In this document: in pieces, positions 13,991 to 28,400 of the stretch | Layout: every line of letters starts with the position of its first letter | Numbering within the stretch: position 1 is the stretch's first letter | Assembly: GCA_013239625.1 (NCBI GenBank) | Contig: MU053557.1 | Coordinates: forward strand, 7,063 to 71,062 | Reading direction: 5' to 3' | From: Lama guanicoe | Taxonomy: Eukaryota | Length of the DNA: 64,000 nucleotides | The notes under the pieces: generated by a model | Database searches by the model: none | Seen by the model: only the letters and a program-made list of their open reading frames with translations | What the model was told of the DNA's origin: nothing | Program-made: the position numbers and the translations under genes

Positions 13991-16307
13991 CTCTTCGCCG
14001 CGGTACTGAACGTACACCATTACACCTCTACTAAGTGGCAGATTACTGCGAGGGATACGCTGCAGGCTGTCAGAATCCTAAATTTATGTGCTAAAACTCA
14101 ATGACTGAAAAGTTAGCAATAACTGGCAAGTGATGACGCCAAGATCCAGTGGGTTAAATGAGACACCAGCTGTGGGCAACCGAGAGGCCGCGTTGCGGTC
14201 CACCACTCCCTGTTTCTCCCTGTTTCTCCCTGCTTCTCCGTTTCCTCATGACAAGAATAGAATTCCAGGGCATCTGACATTCAGAATGGCAAAGCCTCCT
14301 CATTCGTTCCCACCTAGGTCCCACTGACCTCACATCTTTGATCGCTACAGAGGGGTCCCCCAAAGGAAAGAAGAAAGAGGACACATGAGGGAAATAGGTC
14401 TTGACCCAGCCACTTAATACAGTCAGCATGATTTCACTCTGACTTCAGTTTCTGATTTTCCCATGTATCATGCCATCAGTATTTTTAGATAATTGGGCAA
14501 GAGGCCTAGGGCCTTGAACAATATATAAAAAACTGGGTTTCTGTGCTTTTGTAATAAAATTATAAACCTAGAACATTAAAACTTTCCAAATTTGGACACT
14601 CAAGAATACAATGAAAAGAGTGCCACCCAGACAATTTTCAGATCCCCAGGAGTGGCTGACATGAAACATTCTTACCACAGGTTCCTAACATTAACCACAA
14701 ACACTGGAATGACTAAAAACTACACTATTTAACTACACTTTAAAAACTAACAATGGAGAAAGTAGTTTTTGACTTCAGAGAGACAAGAATTACGAGAATC
14801 AGAAAATCAACATTATTTTATATTTGAAGACTGCTTGGCAGAAGCATAGTAAACGTGAACAAGGTGCCTGAAAACTGCTTCTTCACGTTACCAAAGTAGC
14901 AGTAAGACGGTGACCTCACACTGGGCTGTTTCCTGTGTTTCATGATTTACAACATGAGCTTCAATAAGTTGCTCTATGAAGGACGTCCCTTTTCAGAGAA
15001 GCGCTTCTCTGTGAGAAGTCTCCCTCACCCCCTTCTCTCTTCCTGATACTTAAACGGAATGGTATATAAAACATACATTTGATACACAAAGGGCCAAACA
15101 TCCACATACCCATAAAGACACAATTCCTGGGCGATTATCTCAAATTGCAATGGATTCCCATTCTCCTTCATCAAAGTAGGAAGGACACAGACCAAACTAT
15201 CCTCCTCTATGACAACAGGAAATACGTGTAACATCGGTACACAAACCGATGGCAAAAAAAGAAACTGGAACAACTGCTGGCATTTCCCCCTTACTGACAT
15301 CAAAATCCATAGAGAAAAAAAAAATTTCTACACGTAAAAACTGTTATCTTAAGCTAGTGTCATGACTGCTAGGCCCCAACTCTTTATTACTTTTATAGGG
15401 TTATTGCATTATTACAGCACTAAGGGCCTTCTTCACTTATAAATCCCTCTTAAATTACATGACATTATCTGTTATAGGCATTAGAGGGCATGGACACTGC
15501 TTTTTTGGAATCCTACTTTACTACACATAGAACTGCAGGTTGCCAAGACCTTAACCAGGTATGAACTTTCGCTACCCAAGAATTGCAGCCTAAAAAAGCC
15601 ACCTCCTCCTACTACTCACAAATGTGCAATCACATTCCCACTGTAAAAACTTAGACCAAACTAGACACGGAGGAGTATCCGTGGGTGAAACGGCACTGAT
15701 GCTTTTGGGCAGGTAAGAGTTCTATCAAATATAGGTTCCAAAAAATCTTCTTTTATGCAGCCCCTCAAAAACTCATAGCTTTGTCTTGTGGAAGATAAAA
15801 TCCAGACTTCTTCAGGCAGCAAATACAGCTGCAACGGTCTGTACCCAGTCCGCCTGCTTCGGCCGTATTCTTGCTCCCTTTTAAGTACACGCTCCATGAC
15901 CAGCTTTCACTCTCTGTCCCCCTACCAACTTATCTCACTTCCTGTCCATTTGTACCTTCTTGGTCAGAGGCCTAGACCCTCAAAATATAGGTACCCTTAT
16001 AAGAGTTACCCTGCGCACGACTCTTGGTGACTCATTTCAGATCTCAGGGCTACCATGAAGGTTTGAAAATGTTTCCATCCAAGAGTCATCGTGGTACATG
16101 ACCTGCTGATTTTGCCTCACGGCATCCGCTCCCCTTTCTCGTAGCATGCTTGGGATCTTCAAAGCTTAAGATCTCAAATGTGACTTTCGATACGACGACT
16201 AAAATGGCCCATGGAAACTGAAACATTAAGTGACTAAAAATCACAGCAGGTCATAACAGATGTAATACTACTTTAAAAAACAGATTCAATGATTGGGTAA
16301 ACTGGTA

Positions 16308-16916
16308 GAGATGATTCTCATTATCTGCAAGTTCCCCTACTTGCTGAAATCTATTTGTTAACTCCAAAATCGATACTCAGTGTCTTCCTGGCCATCTGTG
16401 GAGAAGCACAGAATGGCAAAAAATTTGAATGCCTCGATGCACACATTCCCAGCTGAGGTCAAACAAAAGCACGCCATTAAACACTATTTTGTTTCAGCTC
16501 TCATACTGTGAATAAGTGTCCTTTTCCCAATATACCTAATGCCATATTTGTGCATTTTTGTACTTTTTATTGGCGATTTCCCTGTTTAAAATGGCTCAGT
16601 ATTCCTAAGCAAAAGAAAGCTGTGATGTACCTCAGGGAGGAAGCAAGTATATCCAAAAAGCTGTCATCGGGCGTGATTTACAGTTCTACTAGCCATAGGT
16701 TCCATGGAAATGAATCAGTGATATTTATTACATAAGCTGTCTTTAAATAGAAACACACATACAACAAGGTACATACTGATGGGTTGGGAAATTTATTGTG
16801 ACCAGAGGATCAAAAGGAACCTAACCCTGCATTTGCCCTAAGAGTAATGGACTCTCACTATTTGCTAATTCAATGTTCACTGAGACTATTTTGGAAACTA
16901 CAGTAAATAATGAGAA
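16308..16916. mobile_element. MER82 (TcMar-Tigger) non-autonomous DNA transposon
   Basis: Terminal inverted motifs attctcattat and ataatgagaa. Internal matches include cccagctgaggtcaaacaa, tttcagctctcatactgt and ggaacctaaccctg. Confidence 0.8.
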
Positions 16917-16971
16917 GACAATATAGCCATATGACGGATATCACACATGTATTAAAAAGTATGATTAAATG

Positions 16972-17135
16972 ATGGGCTGGAAACTTTTCTCTATAAAGAG
17001 CTAGATACTAAATATTCTACAGACCATGCATCACACATTTTTTGTTTGTTTTTTTACAATCCTTGAAATACGAAAAAACGATTCTCTGAAGGCTGGGTTT
17101 GGCCTGTGGGCTATTGACCTGCCAATCTCTGATGT
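16972..17135. mobile_element. MER58-like hAT-Charlie fragment
   Basis: aaacttttctctataaagagctagata...tttggcctgtgggctatt...gccaatctctg. Confidence 0.6.
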
Positions 17136-17389
17136 AGCTCTAGAGACATCATCCATCCCCATCCACTGGTCCATAAACACACTCATGTGTTTATCCACTG
17201 AATCCCTCCTTCATTCAACACATTATTATATGAATATACTTGTGGCAGAATACTAATTGACTTTCCTTTTTTAAAAAAAATCTAAGGGCTCAATTAAAAT
17301 TTTTTACATAAAGAAATCTCAACTGAATTGCTATTCTGATTCAACTTGCTCTTCTATTATTGATCATACACTGTTTTCAAACTTTTTTC

Positions 17390-20300
17390 TCCTCCCTTCT
17401 TATAAAATTCTCTTTCTTATTAAGTTTTCTTCCTGCATAGGCGTTAGATAGATAAATAAATAAACTCCATAAGGACCACAATAGATAACTGATACTCCAT
17501 AAGCCACAGTGCCAGACAGACAGGAGCGAGATGAAGAAGCAGAGGAACCACTCCCAATTCAAAGAGCAAGAGAAATCCCCTGACAGTACGATCAAGGAAA
17601 AAAACATCAATGGCCTACTAGATCAAGATTTCAAAAAAGGAGTGATCAAAGTACTGAACAAACTAAAAAAGATACTGTTGTGAAATATAAAATATTTCAA
17701 AAATAATATGGAAGCTATAAAGAATAGCCAATAGAATTGGTAAGCTCACTGGCTGAGATGACAGCTGATCTAAAGGCTGCACAAAGCAGGCTAGATAATG
17801 CAGAGGAACGAATAAGTGACCGAGAACACAGGACAACAGAAAGCAACCAATCAGAACAGCTGAGAGGAAAACAAGTAAAAAACAATGAAAACAACATAAG
17901 GAACCTATAGGATAATATAAAGCATGCCCATCTACACATAATGGGGGTCCCAGAAGGGGAAGAAAGAACCAAGGGGACTGAAAAGGTACTGGAAGACATG
18001 ATGCCTGAAAACTTCCAAACCTAAAGAAGGAATCAGATAACCGACTACCAGAGGCTCAGAGGGTCCCAAACTGGAAGAACCCAATAGACTCACACCAACA
18101 CATGTCATAATCAAGATGGCCAGGGTCAAGGATAAAGAAAGGATCCTAAAGGCACCAAGAGAAAACCAAAGAGTGAGTTACAAGGGAACCCCCATGACGC
18201 TCTCAGCTGATTTCTCTACACAAACACGACAGGCCGGAAGGGAGTGGCAAGATAAATTCAAAGTCCTGAAACAAAAAAAGATGCAGCCTAGGATACTTTA
18301 TCCAGCAAGGCTATCCTTTAGAAAAGGAGAGAGAAAGAATTTCACAGACAAGCAAAAACTAGAGTTAGCAACACTAAACCCATGCTAAAAGAAATACTGA
18401 CAGGTCTACTCCAAATAGAAAAGAAGCAGGATGCTACAAAAATGAGAAACTCGTAATTGGAAAGGTAAAACCTACCATGAATTACAAATAGAATACACAT
18501 GAAATTGCAAAAGAAGACATCTAAATCATTAAGAGTGGGAGAGGGAAACAAGCAAATATAGAGTATTTTTCTTCTTTCTTTTTTAAATGTTTCCTTCTTC
18601 GTAGGATGGGTTTGAGCTTATATTACTATCTGTTTAATACAAACAGTTATAGTAATGGTCTAATAGACTTACAAAAAAGGGCAACAGCAAGCCAAAATCT
18701 TACAAGGGAGTCACAAAAACTAAATAAAATCCAAGATAATACAAATGAAAATTATCACACCACAAAAAGAAGAAAGGAACAAAGAGGAAATACCAAATCC
18801 ACTGCAAAAATAAGTTCAAAAACGGCAATAAACACACATCGATCATTAATTACTGTAAATGTTAATGGACTAAATGCTCCAATCGAAAGACGTACAGTGG
18901 CAGACTGGATAATAAAGCAAGAACCTTCAAGATTCTACATACAAGACACCCACTTTAGGGAGAAGGACACATATAGATGGACAGTGAAAGGATGGAAAAG
19001 GATATTCCATACAAATGGAAGAGCCAAAAAAGCAGGGTTACCATCAGTAGTGATTTCAGACAAAACAGACTTTAAAACAAAGCCCATAAAGGAAGATAAA
19101 GAAGGACATCTAATAATAATTAAAGGAGTAATACAAGATGAGGATATTACACTCCTTAATATATATGCCCCCAATATAGGAACACCTAAGGACATAAAGC
19201 AATAACTAACAGAGATAAAGGGGGATATGGATGGGAATACAATCTCTTTCGGACACTGCAACACTGCATTAACATCACTAGACTGATCTCCCAGAAAGAA
19301 AACAAGTAAGGCAACAGAGAAATTAAATGATACAATAGACAAGTTAGATATGGTGGATATTTTCAGAGCATCACACACCCCCAAAACAAGATATACATTC
19401 TTTTCAAGTGTACATGGAACATTTTCCAGGATTGATTATGTACTTGGGCACAAAAGAAGCCTCAACAATTTTAAGGAGATAGAAATTATCTACAGCATCT
19501 TTACTGACGACAATTCCATGAAACTAGAAATCAACTACAGAGAAACAAAGGAGAAAAAAAGGAAAGCATGGAGATTAAACAACATGCTGCTAAAAAACCA
19601 ATACATCAATGATGCAATCCAAGTGGAAATCAAAAAATACCTTGAGACAAATGAGAATGAAAACACAACCATACAAAATTTATGGAACGCAGCACAGGCA
19701 TTGCTAGGAGGAAAGTTTATAGTGATACAGGCCTTCCTCAAAAAAGAAAAACAATCTCAAATAAACAATCTAACCCACGAGCTAAAAGAATTACAAAAAA
19801 AAGAGCAAAAAACCCCAAAGGGCAGCAGAAGGAAGTAAATAATAAAGATCAGACAGGAAATAAATAAAATAGAGACTAAAACCACCATAGAAACAATCAA
19901 TCAAACCAAAACCTAGTTTTTTGAAAGAATAAATAAAACTGACAAACTTCCAGCCAAACTCACCAAGAAGAAAAAAGAGAGAGCACAAATAAGCAAAATA
20001 AGAAAGGAAAATGGAGAAATTACAACCAATAACAGAAATACAGAATATCAGGCGAGAATATTATGAAAGACTATATACAACCAAAATGGGTAACCTAGAG
20101 GAAATGGACAACTTTCTGTAAGCATACAGTCGACCAGGAATAAATCAAGAAGAAACTGACCACTTGAACAAACTGATCACTAGAAATGAAATCGAATCAG
20201 CAATAAAAAAAAAACCCTCCCTATAAATAAAAATCCAAGATCAGATGGCTTCACCGGGGAATTCCACCAAACATACAAAGAAGAACTCATACCAGTCATT

Positions 20301-22975
20301 CTCAAACTCCTCCAGAAGATTGAAAAGGAGCGAATACTCCCAAACTCATTCTATGAAGCCACCATCACCCTGATACCAAAATCAGGCAAAGACACAACCA
20401 AAAAAGAGAATTACAGACCAATATCACTGATGAACACAGATGCAAAAATCCTTACCAAAACATTCACAAACAGAATCCAACAGCACATAAAAAAGATTAT
20501 ACATCATGACCAAGTAAGGTTCATCTCAGTGACACAAAGCTGCTTCAACATATGCAACTCAATCAATCTAATACATCACATCAACAAGAAAAAGGACAAA
20601 AACCACATGATCATCTCAATCGATGCAAAAAAAAGCATCTGATAAAATTCAACACCCATTTATGATAAAAACTCTCACCGAACTGGGTATAGACGGAATG
20701 TATCTCAACGTCACAAAAGCTATTTATGACAAACCTACAGCCAGCATAGTACTCAACGGTGAAAAACTCAAAAGCATCCCACTAAAATCTGGAGCAAGAC
20801 AATGCTGCCCACTCTCACCACTCCTATTCAACATTGTCTTGGAAGTCCTAGCCACAGCAATCAGGCAAGAGACAGACATAAAAGGGATCCAAATGGGAAA
20901 ACAAGAGGTAGAAGTGTCACTAGACACCAACAACATGTTACTGTATATAGAAAACCCTAAAAGGTCCACACACAAACTACTAGAGCTGATCGAAGAATTC
21001 AGCAAGGTAGCAGGTTACAAGATGAACGTTCAAAAATCTGTGGCATTTCTTTACACTAACGATGAATCAACAGAAAGTAAACAAACAGTCCTCTTTACAA
21101 TAGCACCCAAAGTAATAAAATACCCAGGGATAAATCTAACCAAGGAGGTGAAAGACTTATACATGGAAAACTATAAACCACTGATGAAGGAAATTAAAGA
21201 CTTAAAAAAATGGAAACATATTCCATGCTCCTGGATTGGAAGAATCAATACTGTTAAAATGGTCACACTGCCCAAGGCAATCACAGATTGAATGCAATCC
21301 TTATCAAATTACCCAAAACATATTTCACACACCTAGAACAAAACATAATAAAATTTATATGGAACCACCGAAGACCTAGAATTGCCAAAGCATTACGGAA
21401 GAAAAAGAAAGAGGCTGGACAAGTAACTCTACCAGACTTCAGACAATACTATAGAGCTACAGTCATCAAGACAGCATGGTATTGGTACAAAAACAGACCT
21501 ACAGACCAATGGAACAGAAAACAGAGCCCAGAAATGAACCCACAACCTTTTGGTCAACTCATCTTCGACAAAGGAGGCAAGAAAACACAATGGAATAAAG
21601 ACAGCCTCTTCAGCAAATGGTGTTGGGAAAACTGGACAGCACCATGTAAAGCAATGAAGCTAGAACACTCCCTTACACCACACACAAAAATCAACTCAAC
21701 ATGGATCAAACACTTACACATACCACAAGATACAATAAATCTAGAAGAAAACGTAGGCAAAACATTATCTCATGTACATCTCAAAAATGTTCTCCTAAGG
21801 CAGCCTGCCCAAGCAATAGAAATAAAAGCAAGAATAAGCAAATGGGGCCTACTGAAACTTACAACCTTCTGCACAGCAAAGAAAACCATAAGTAAGACAA
21901 AACGACAACTGACGGAATGGGAGGAAATCTTTGCAAACGATGAAACCAACAAAGGCTTGATCTCCAGGATATATAAGCAGCTCATATGACATGAGAAGAA
22001 GAAAACAAACAACCCAATCCAAAAATGAGCACAAAACCTAAACAAGCAATTCTCCAAGGAAGACATACACATGATCAATAGGCATGTGAAAAAATGCTCT
22101 ACATCGCTAATTACCAGAGAAATGCAAATCACAACTACAATGAGGGATCACCTCACACCAGCCAGAATGGCCGTCACTCAAAAGTCCACAAATGACAAAT
22201 GCTAGAGAGGCTGTGGCCAAAACGGAACCCTCCTACGCTGCTGGTGGGAATACAGGTTGGTGCGGCCACTGTGGAAAACAGTGTGGAGATCCCTCAAAAC
22301 ACTAGGAATAGACTTTCATATGACCCAGTCATCCCACTTCTGAGCATATATCCAGAAGGGACCCTACTTCAAAATGGTCCCTGCGTCCCAATGTGCATAG
22401 CATCACTATTTACAGTAGCCAAGACATGGAAACAGACTGAATGTCCATCGACAGATGGCTGGATAAAGAAGAGAAGGTCTATTTATACAATGGAATACTA
22501 TTCACCCATAAAAACGACAACATAACGCGATTTGCGGCAACATGGATATCCCTGGAGAATGTCATTCTAAGTGAAGTAAGCCAGAAAGAGAAAGAAAAAT
22601 ACCATATGAGATCGCTCCTATATGGAATCTTAATTTAAAAAAAAAGGAACATAAATACAAAAAAGAAACAGACTCATAGACATACAAGACAAACTTGTAG
22701 TTGCCCAGGGGGCAGGGGGTAGGAAGGGACAGACAGAGATTTCAAAATTTGTAGATACTCACAGGCATATGCAGAAACAAGATTATATGGTATAGCACAG
22801 GGAAATACATACAAAATCTTGTGGTAGCTCACAGGGAAAAAAAAGTGACAATGAACGTACGTATGTTCATGTATAACTGAAAAATTGTGCTCTACACTGG
22901 AATCTGACACAATGTTGTAAATTCACTATGAATCAATAAAAAAGTTAACATAAATCAATACAAAAATTTTTAATA
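17390..22975 (+). mobile_element. Near-full-length inactive LINE-1: partial 5' UTR, ORF1 (about 17531-18420), inter-ORF spacer, ORF2 (about 18822-22633), 3' UTR and decayed A-tail
   Basis: ORF1 motifs: MARVKDKERILKA and RILYPARLSF. EN domain: ITVNVNGLNAPIER, NIYAPN, FSRIDYVLGHK. RT domain: [18 protein letters not shown]. There are many stops and frameshifts, and YADD reads DTNN. The 5' boundary is approximate and no TSD was found. Confidence 0.96.
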
Positions 22976-23834
22976 TAAATACAGAAAGAGAATAGGTCTT
23001 ACTATATTTGTAAATATTTTCCCACAAATGCTCCTTGGATTACTGGCAGAGAAAAACATCCAAACAATTATTTTTCTCTCCAAGCATGACATCCTAGTGA
23101 AATTTTATACAAATTCCTAGTTATGACTGAGTAACGTGTGGTAACACTGAAGTGACGGAACGGTGGGGGTAGAAGCCTTTTACACTCAGAAGAACCTTTC
23201 TCTTCTTGGCCCTCCAAAGTCCCTGAGAAAGGGTCGCAGAGACTCAGAGTTGCTCGTACTGCCTTTGGTGGTGGTGGCGGCTATGCAATGGTCACACACT
23301 CCTCCTTAGCAGCATCGCTTTATGAAAACGTTTCCCGTCGACAACATTTTCCTTACGACACTGTCTGACGACGGCTACTCCTTTACTGTGCGCTCTGAGA
23401 ACTGAAAAGCCAGGGAGGGCGATCAGACATGATCCTCCGCTCTGCCCTGGCTGCTGCTTCACCACACCTCCGTTCTCCCTGAACGTGTGAGCTCTGCACG
23501 GGGAGGCGGCTCATCTTCCCAGCCCCGAACCCCTCCTGCTGTCACTTATCATCGTAGAGGACTCTATTCCTTCTTCGAAGTCTACTTGGGAGACTGGCTC
23601 TCTTTCTCTCCAACCCGTCACCTATGGGGACCCACTGTTTGAGGATTCGGCTCTCACTTACAGTAGCTCTAGAACACAGGACTTCCTGAACCAAACTCAA
23701 CTCCCCCTCCACCTTAACCGGCTCCTTCCTTCAGCTTTCAGAGTCTCTTTCCTTGCCTTTCAGCTTCCTCCCGCATCCTGCTCACTTTTTCATTGCTTCA
23801 TATTTATGTCTGCATAAATATTTTGAATATGTAT

Positions 23835-25110
23835 TTAATATTTATTGAGCACCTATCCTATTCCAACCACTGGGTATACCACAGTGAGAAACACAGGTAT
23901 TCTCCTCTACTCTCACAGAACTGTTAAGACTCGTACAGGGAAACAGGCACTTGTGACTCCGCGAGATAAATGCTCAGCTAGGGGCAACGCCTGGGACTGA
24001 CGAAGGACTCTAACCCCGATGTGGGGGATCACGGGACCGGGGGGGGGGCCTGCTTGACGATGTGATGTTTCAGCTATGTTGGGCTACTCAGCAGTAGCTG
24101 GCTAGCCACGTGAAAACGATGCAAGAATGAAAGGCGGGGGAAGCACAGGGAACAGCATTATGCAAAGGCACAGAGGCAAGAAAGGGGGAAACCAAAGCAA
24201 TTGGGAAAGGGTGCACGGTAACAAGCTTAGTACCCAGTCATACAAGGCCTGTGAAGCCATGGTAAACTGCTAGACTGTCCTGCAGCGGTGAAGACCCCGA
24301 GGTACCGTACACAGGGAAACGAGCAGATCGCTTTCTGCCCGTCTGACTGAATGCTCTAGCTGACTGAAGATGACAAGACAGCCAGCCGAGATGCTGTGAC
24401 AGAAATCCAGCTACGAGCTTACGGCAGCCTAACCTTACAGCAGAAGTGAAGATACTAAGAAGTACACAGGTTTGTGAAGTATTTAGTTAGATAAATCTAG
24501 GACGCTTGACAGGTGAAATACGGGGAGAGAAGGGAAAAGGTTAAGGGAGGGTTATGTCCAGATTTGTACATTGGGGAATGGAACTGACAAAGTGCGGTAC
24601 GTCTACCGAGCTAAGAAATACAGCAGTGAGAGGGAGCGTGGCTTGCAATAAATTGATGAAGTATTTTGGACATGCTGAGTTTGAGAGATCTTGATTCCAA
24701 GAGAAGATACTCAGTAGGTAGTGGGAAATAAGGGTCAGGAGGTTGAGAGAATCTGTCTTGAGCTGGAGGTACAGAAAATATGGGTGTGGGTGTCCTCAGC
24801 ATATGGACAGATGGTAACTGAGGCAACCAGAGAGGACAGCAGCACTCAGGCAGAGGCAGAGAGTACAACAAGGGCCTAGGACAGAGCTCTGAGGAACTCT
24901 ACAGGGAAGAGGAACTTGCAAAGAGGAGGGTCTGAGAGGTACAAGGAGGAAAACGAGGACTATTATTTTAAAAACCACAGGAAGAAGCCTTTACAAACAG
25001 GATCCTGTGGACCAGCACAGGGCCGGCACACAGGAGGTCACTGGGACGTGTCTGCTGCATTTAACAAGAAGGCAAGTGGTAACTTTGGAAAGATGTGAAT
25101 AGTGCCGGCA
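23835..25110 (-). mobile_element. LINE-2 fragments
   Basis: The L2 3' end reads atttattgagcaccta. Internal matches include ttttggacatgctgagtttgag and gagctggaggtacaga. Ends are approximate. Confidence 0.65.
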
Positions 25111-25299
25111 GAAACCGGTGACTCTCCGGGGTCAATGTGCTGCCTCGTCGTATCTTCCAAATGACTCTCAGGTCTGTCCATGTACCTCCTCCTCCAAAGC
25201 CACTGCTTCCGCTCATGCTTCACCACTACTTGAATGCTCTTTGTCAATGGCTCATAGACATCACCTTTCCAGAGTCTCTCTTCGACAACTTTCCTTTCC

Positions 25300-25450
25300 T
25301 CAAATAAAACAAAGCCATACATAACTCTTTCTACACAAGGCTGCCAGAGTAATTTTTCTAAGATACAGCTTAGAGCAAATCAGTCCTTGCTCAAAGACAA
25401 AATGGTTATCCACTGCCTTCAGAATAAAATGCGAACTCTGGGTCCAGTCC
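25300..25450 (+). mobile_element. LINE-2 fragment
   Basis: gctgccagagtaatttttctaa...ccttgctcaaa...ccactgccttcagaataaaat. Confidence 0.6.
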
Positions 25451-28400
25451 TTTTGCCCACACTCCAAAAAGCACACTCTCCACACACCTGACTTTGTTAA
25501 AAAAAAAAAAATTGCTGATCTCAAAAAAGTTCTTTAAACATTTAAAAAGTCAAGATTTAAATTATGAGCATCCTAGGTGAAAATACTTTCTTCCTTTCAT
25601 CACAAATAAAACGCAGGGGACTGGGTTCAGGGCTTTATTTCCCTATCACTGAACAAACAGCATCTGACAGAGCCAACAGCCACATAACACAGCTATTCCC
25701 TGCTGTGTCACTGCATGAAACAACACAGCTTGAGGGGGGGTGAGACAGTGTTTTTAACAAGTACTAACAGATTTTATAAACACTACACTGTTTACTGTAA
25801 ACATTTCCACCTTATTATGATCGGCTCACTCATTCTACTAAATAAAATGACAAGAGAAAGAAAAAAAAAGGAAATAATGGCTTTCCTTTTTAGGGTTTTC
25901 CCCTACCAATCTTGGAGAAGCTGTCCAATGGTTTCTAACTACAAGACAGCAGTCTGTACATACTGCACTAAACCAGCAAGTGTCATGACTTTCTAGTGAT
26001 TGCACATGCTTCTTAGGAAATACTTATATGGATCAAAAGCCATTTCACACGTTCAGATCAATTTGAATCCATACGGATCAGACAGGCCTGTGACACACCT
26101 AACAGGTCTATTAAAGACGACCTAGCAGATCAAGTGAATTTTGTTATGTAGTTTCAGGGATGGCTGAAACTCTCTCAACATTCCTAGTCCCTTAATTTTG
26201 TTTTTCTTTGTAGCTTTCTAAGATTCTGCACAATCACACACATGGGTAAACACACACACTGAATGCAGTGCAGTGAGGATCAACGATGCTTAGCAAAGCT
26301 GCTATCCCTGTATGATAGACTCTGCTCGCCTCGGTACTACATTATACGGTGAATGAATGTATGCAATTAAAAATACACATATACATGTTCACATATAGAG
26401 AGATACATGAAATGATCCCAGGATCCATCACAGAAGATTACTGTGCACTTTATAAATCCTATATCCCAAACAAATCCTATCTATGAAAAATTTTTCCTTT
26501 CTTAGATTGGCTCAGCAAAAATGATACTGAACTTAAAAGTTTGATGAACAGCACAAAGTTATTACCCTGTGCGTGTCTTCTTGGTTTACAGAGGAATGAC
26601 ACGCAGTCTGTTCCACTTCTGGAATTCTCATTTAGCATGTTCTCAATTACAGGAAAACACATGTTCATTCATGTGGCTGAAATCTCAACATTTTCCATTA
26701 TATATGGCTTTTATTTTTTTTTAATATGCTGGGCTTATTTTTCAGCCACAAAATACTAATATCTAAATATGACAGACGACTCCTGTAATCCTAGGCCACA
26801 GCCATTATTTCACTACTGGTTCTCAGAAGAATCTGAAGCATTTGAAGGGCTTTGTCAGCATACAGATAACCAACCCCAAGCCCCCCAATTCTTATTTAGT
26901 AACTATGGCGTGCAGCCTGAGCACGTCCCACGTGATGCCGATTCGGTGATGAGCTACTTTGTACCATTCATAGTCTCTGCCGCCGTTAGCAGTGACAGAA
27001 CATATAATTTATATGTTACATACTTGGGACACATATCAAAATAATTCCCGTTTGGGGCTTCTGTCACTGCTGATTGCTTAGCTTATTCAAATTAAGATGA
27101 ATGCCTTGACTTACAGTTTTTTGGGTAAACTGCCATGAATGCTTTTAAGAGACAACAGCCAATTTCTTAGTATTGTTTACATCATCAACTATCCAGATTT
27201 TCAGCTCACTGCTAGAATTCAAAGTAACTAAAGCATGATTGTTCAAAATGGCTAACACTCATCTCAGTTTCGACTTGCTTTTTTAGTTTTCAAGAGGAAA
27301 GGACTTTATTGGAGGTCCTTAAACATTGCTAACAATAGAGATGTTCAAACCACGTAGGCTTTATGAATGAGCTTTAGCTGGGTCTAAGACGTTTCTTGGT
27401 AACAAAGCGATAAAACATTGTTTAGTATGTGTGTTTCATGCATTTTTATTTGGGAGAAAGTAACTTTTATCAGATTCTCAAAGGGATTTATGGCCCAAGA
27501 GAGCTAAAAATTCTCATTCAGGGGAGAACTGAAACAGTTATTAAAGTGCATTGTACATTCCACTCTAAAAAAGCTGTTTTTACATTCTAACACTAAAAGA
27601 AGAGCAGGCGATCTAAATCAACGCTTCTTCTGTTTCCAGCTTGCCGTTTTATTAGTTTTACATGCACTGAAAGGACTGACAAGAATTTCAGTGATCTTAG
27701 AAAGAGAAACATATGCTAACTCAATAAATGTCTTTTTCACCCAAAGAAAAATTACTTGTTTTAATAATCAGGTATTACCTCATGCAGTTAAACCCCACCC
27801 TGAAAGACTTTCAGATATGAAAAAGATTTTAAAGAATTCAAGGGTGAAAGATATAAATACTATATTATTTTATTTTTAAACGATAATAAATGACTTTGTT
27901 AAAAAACACCTATTTTTCTTAGATTTTAATGCTTTAATTCTTTAAAATAGATTTTAATCTGGACAACATTTCCTTCTTCATACAGTTTTCAAGTAAATGA
28001 AATCCTCCAAAAGTCTTTCAGAAACCTTCAAGTTAGTCATCTGATCCCACAAAACGGCTCTAATTTTAGTAACAAAGTAAACACAAGCATTTCTTGGATT
28101 GTGGATACAATATACTAGAATATTCAACTACATCATTAGGTTTTGACGACTTTTCCAATAAACAGTTGTATGGAATTCAGCAGCCTCCACTTTTCATGCA
28201 GGATTGACACTCAGCTGCCTCAGGTGGTGAAAATGACTCACCAGCTGCAAACAATTGCTTTGGGCATAAAACATCTTTGGAGGAAAGGTAAGGTCTTTCC
28301 CCTTTTGCTAAGATGTTTTTGGACTTTCTCGTATCAAAGTACAAAAAACAAAAAAAAAAGAGAAAAACTCAGATTTCAATATCATGTAATGTTTTTCTCC

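Noticed and set aside
14994..15011. 18-bp perfect palindrome cagagaagcgcttctctg
   Set aside because: About 0.24 are expected by chance in 64 kb (64000/4^9), and nothing else supports it.
18606..22525. ORFs of 100-233 aa as host genes or an active retroelement
   Set aside because: They are broken pieces of L1 ORF2 with a destroyed catalytic motif.
26672..26750. 11-bp inverted repeat (tgtggctgaaa / tttcagccaca) as an RNA hairpin
   Set aside because: The stem is short, the loop is long and unpaired, and there are no snoRNA or miRNA hallmarks.
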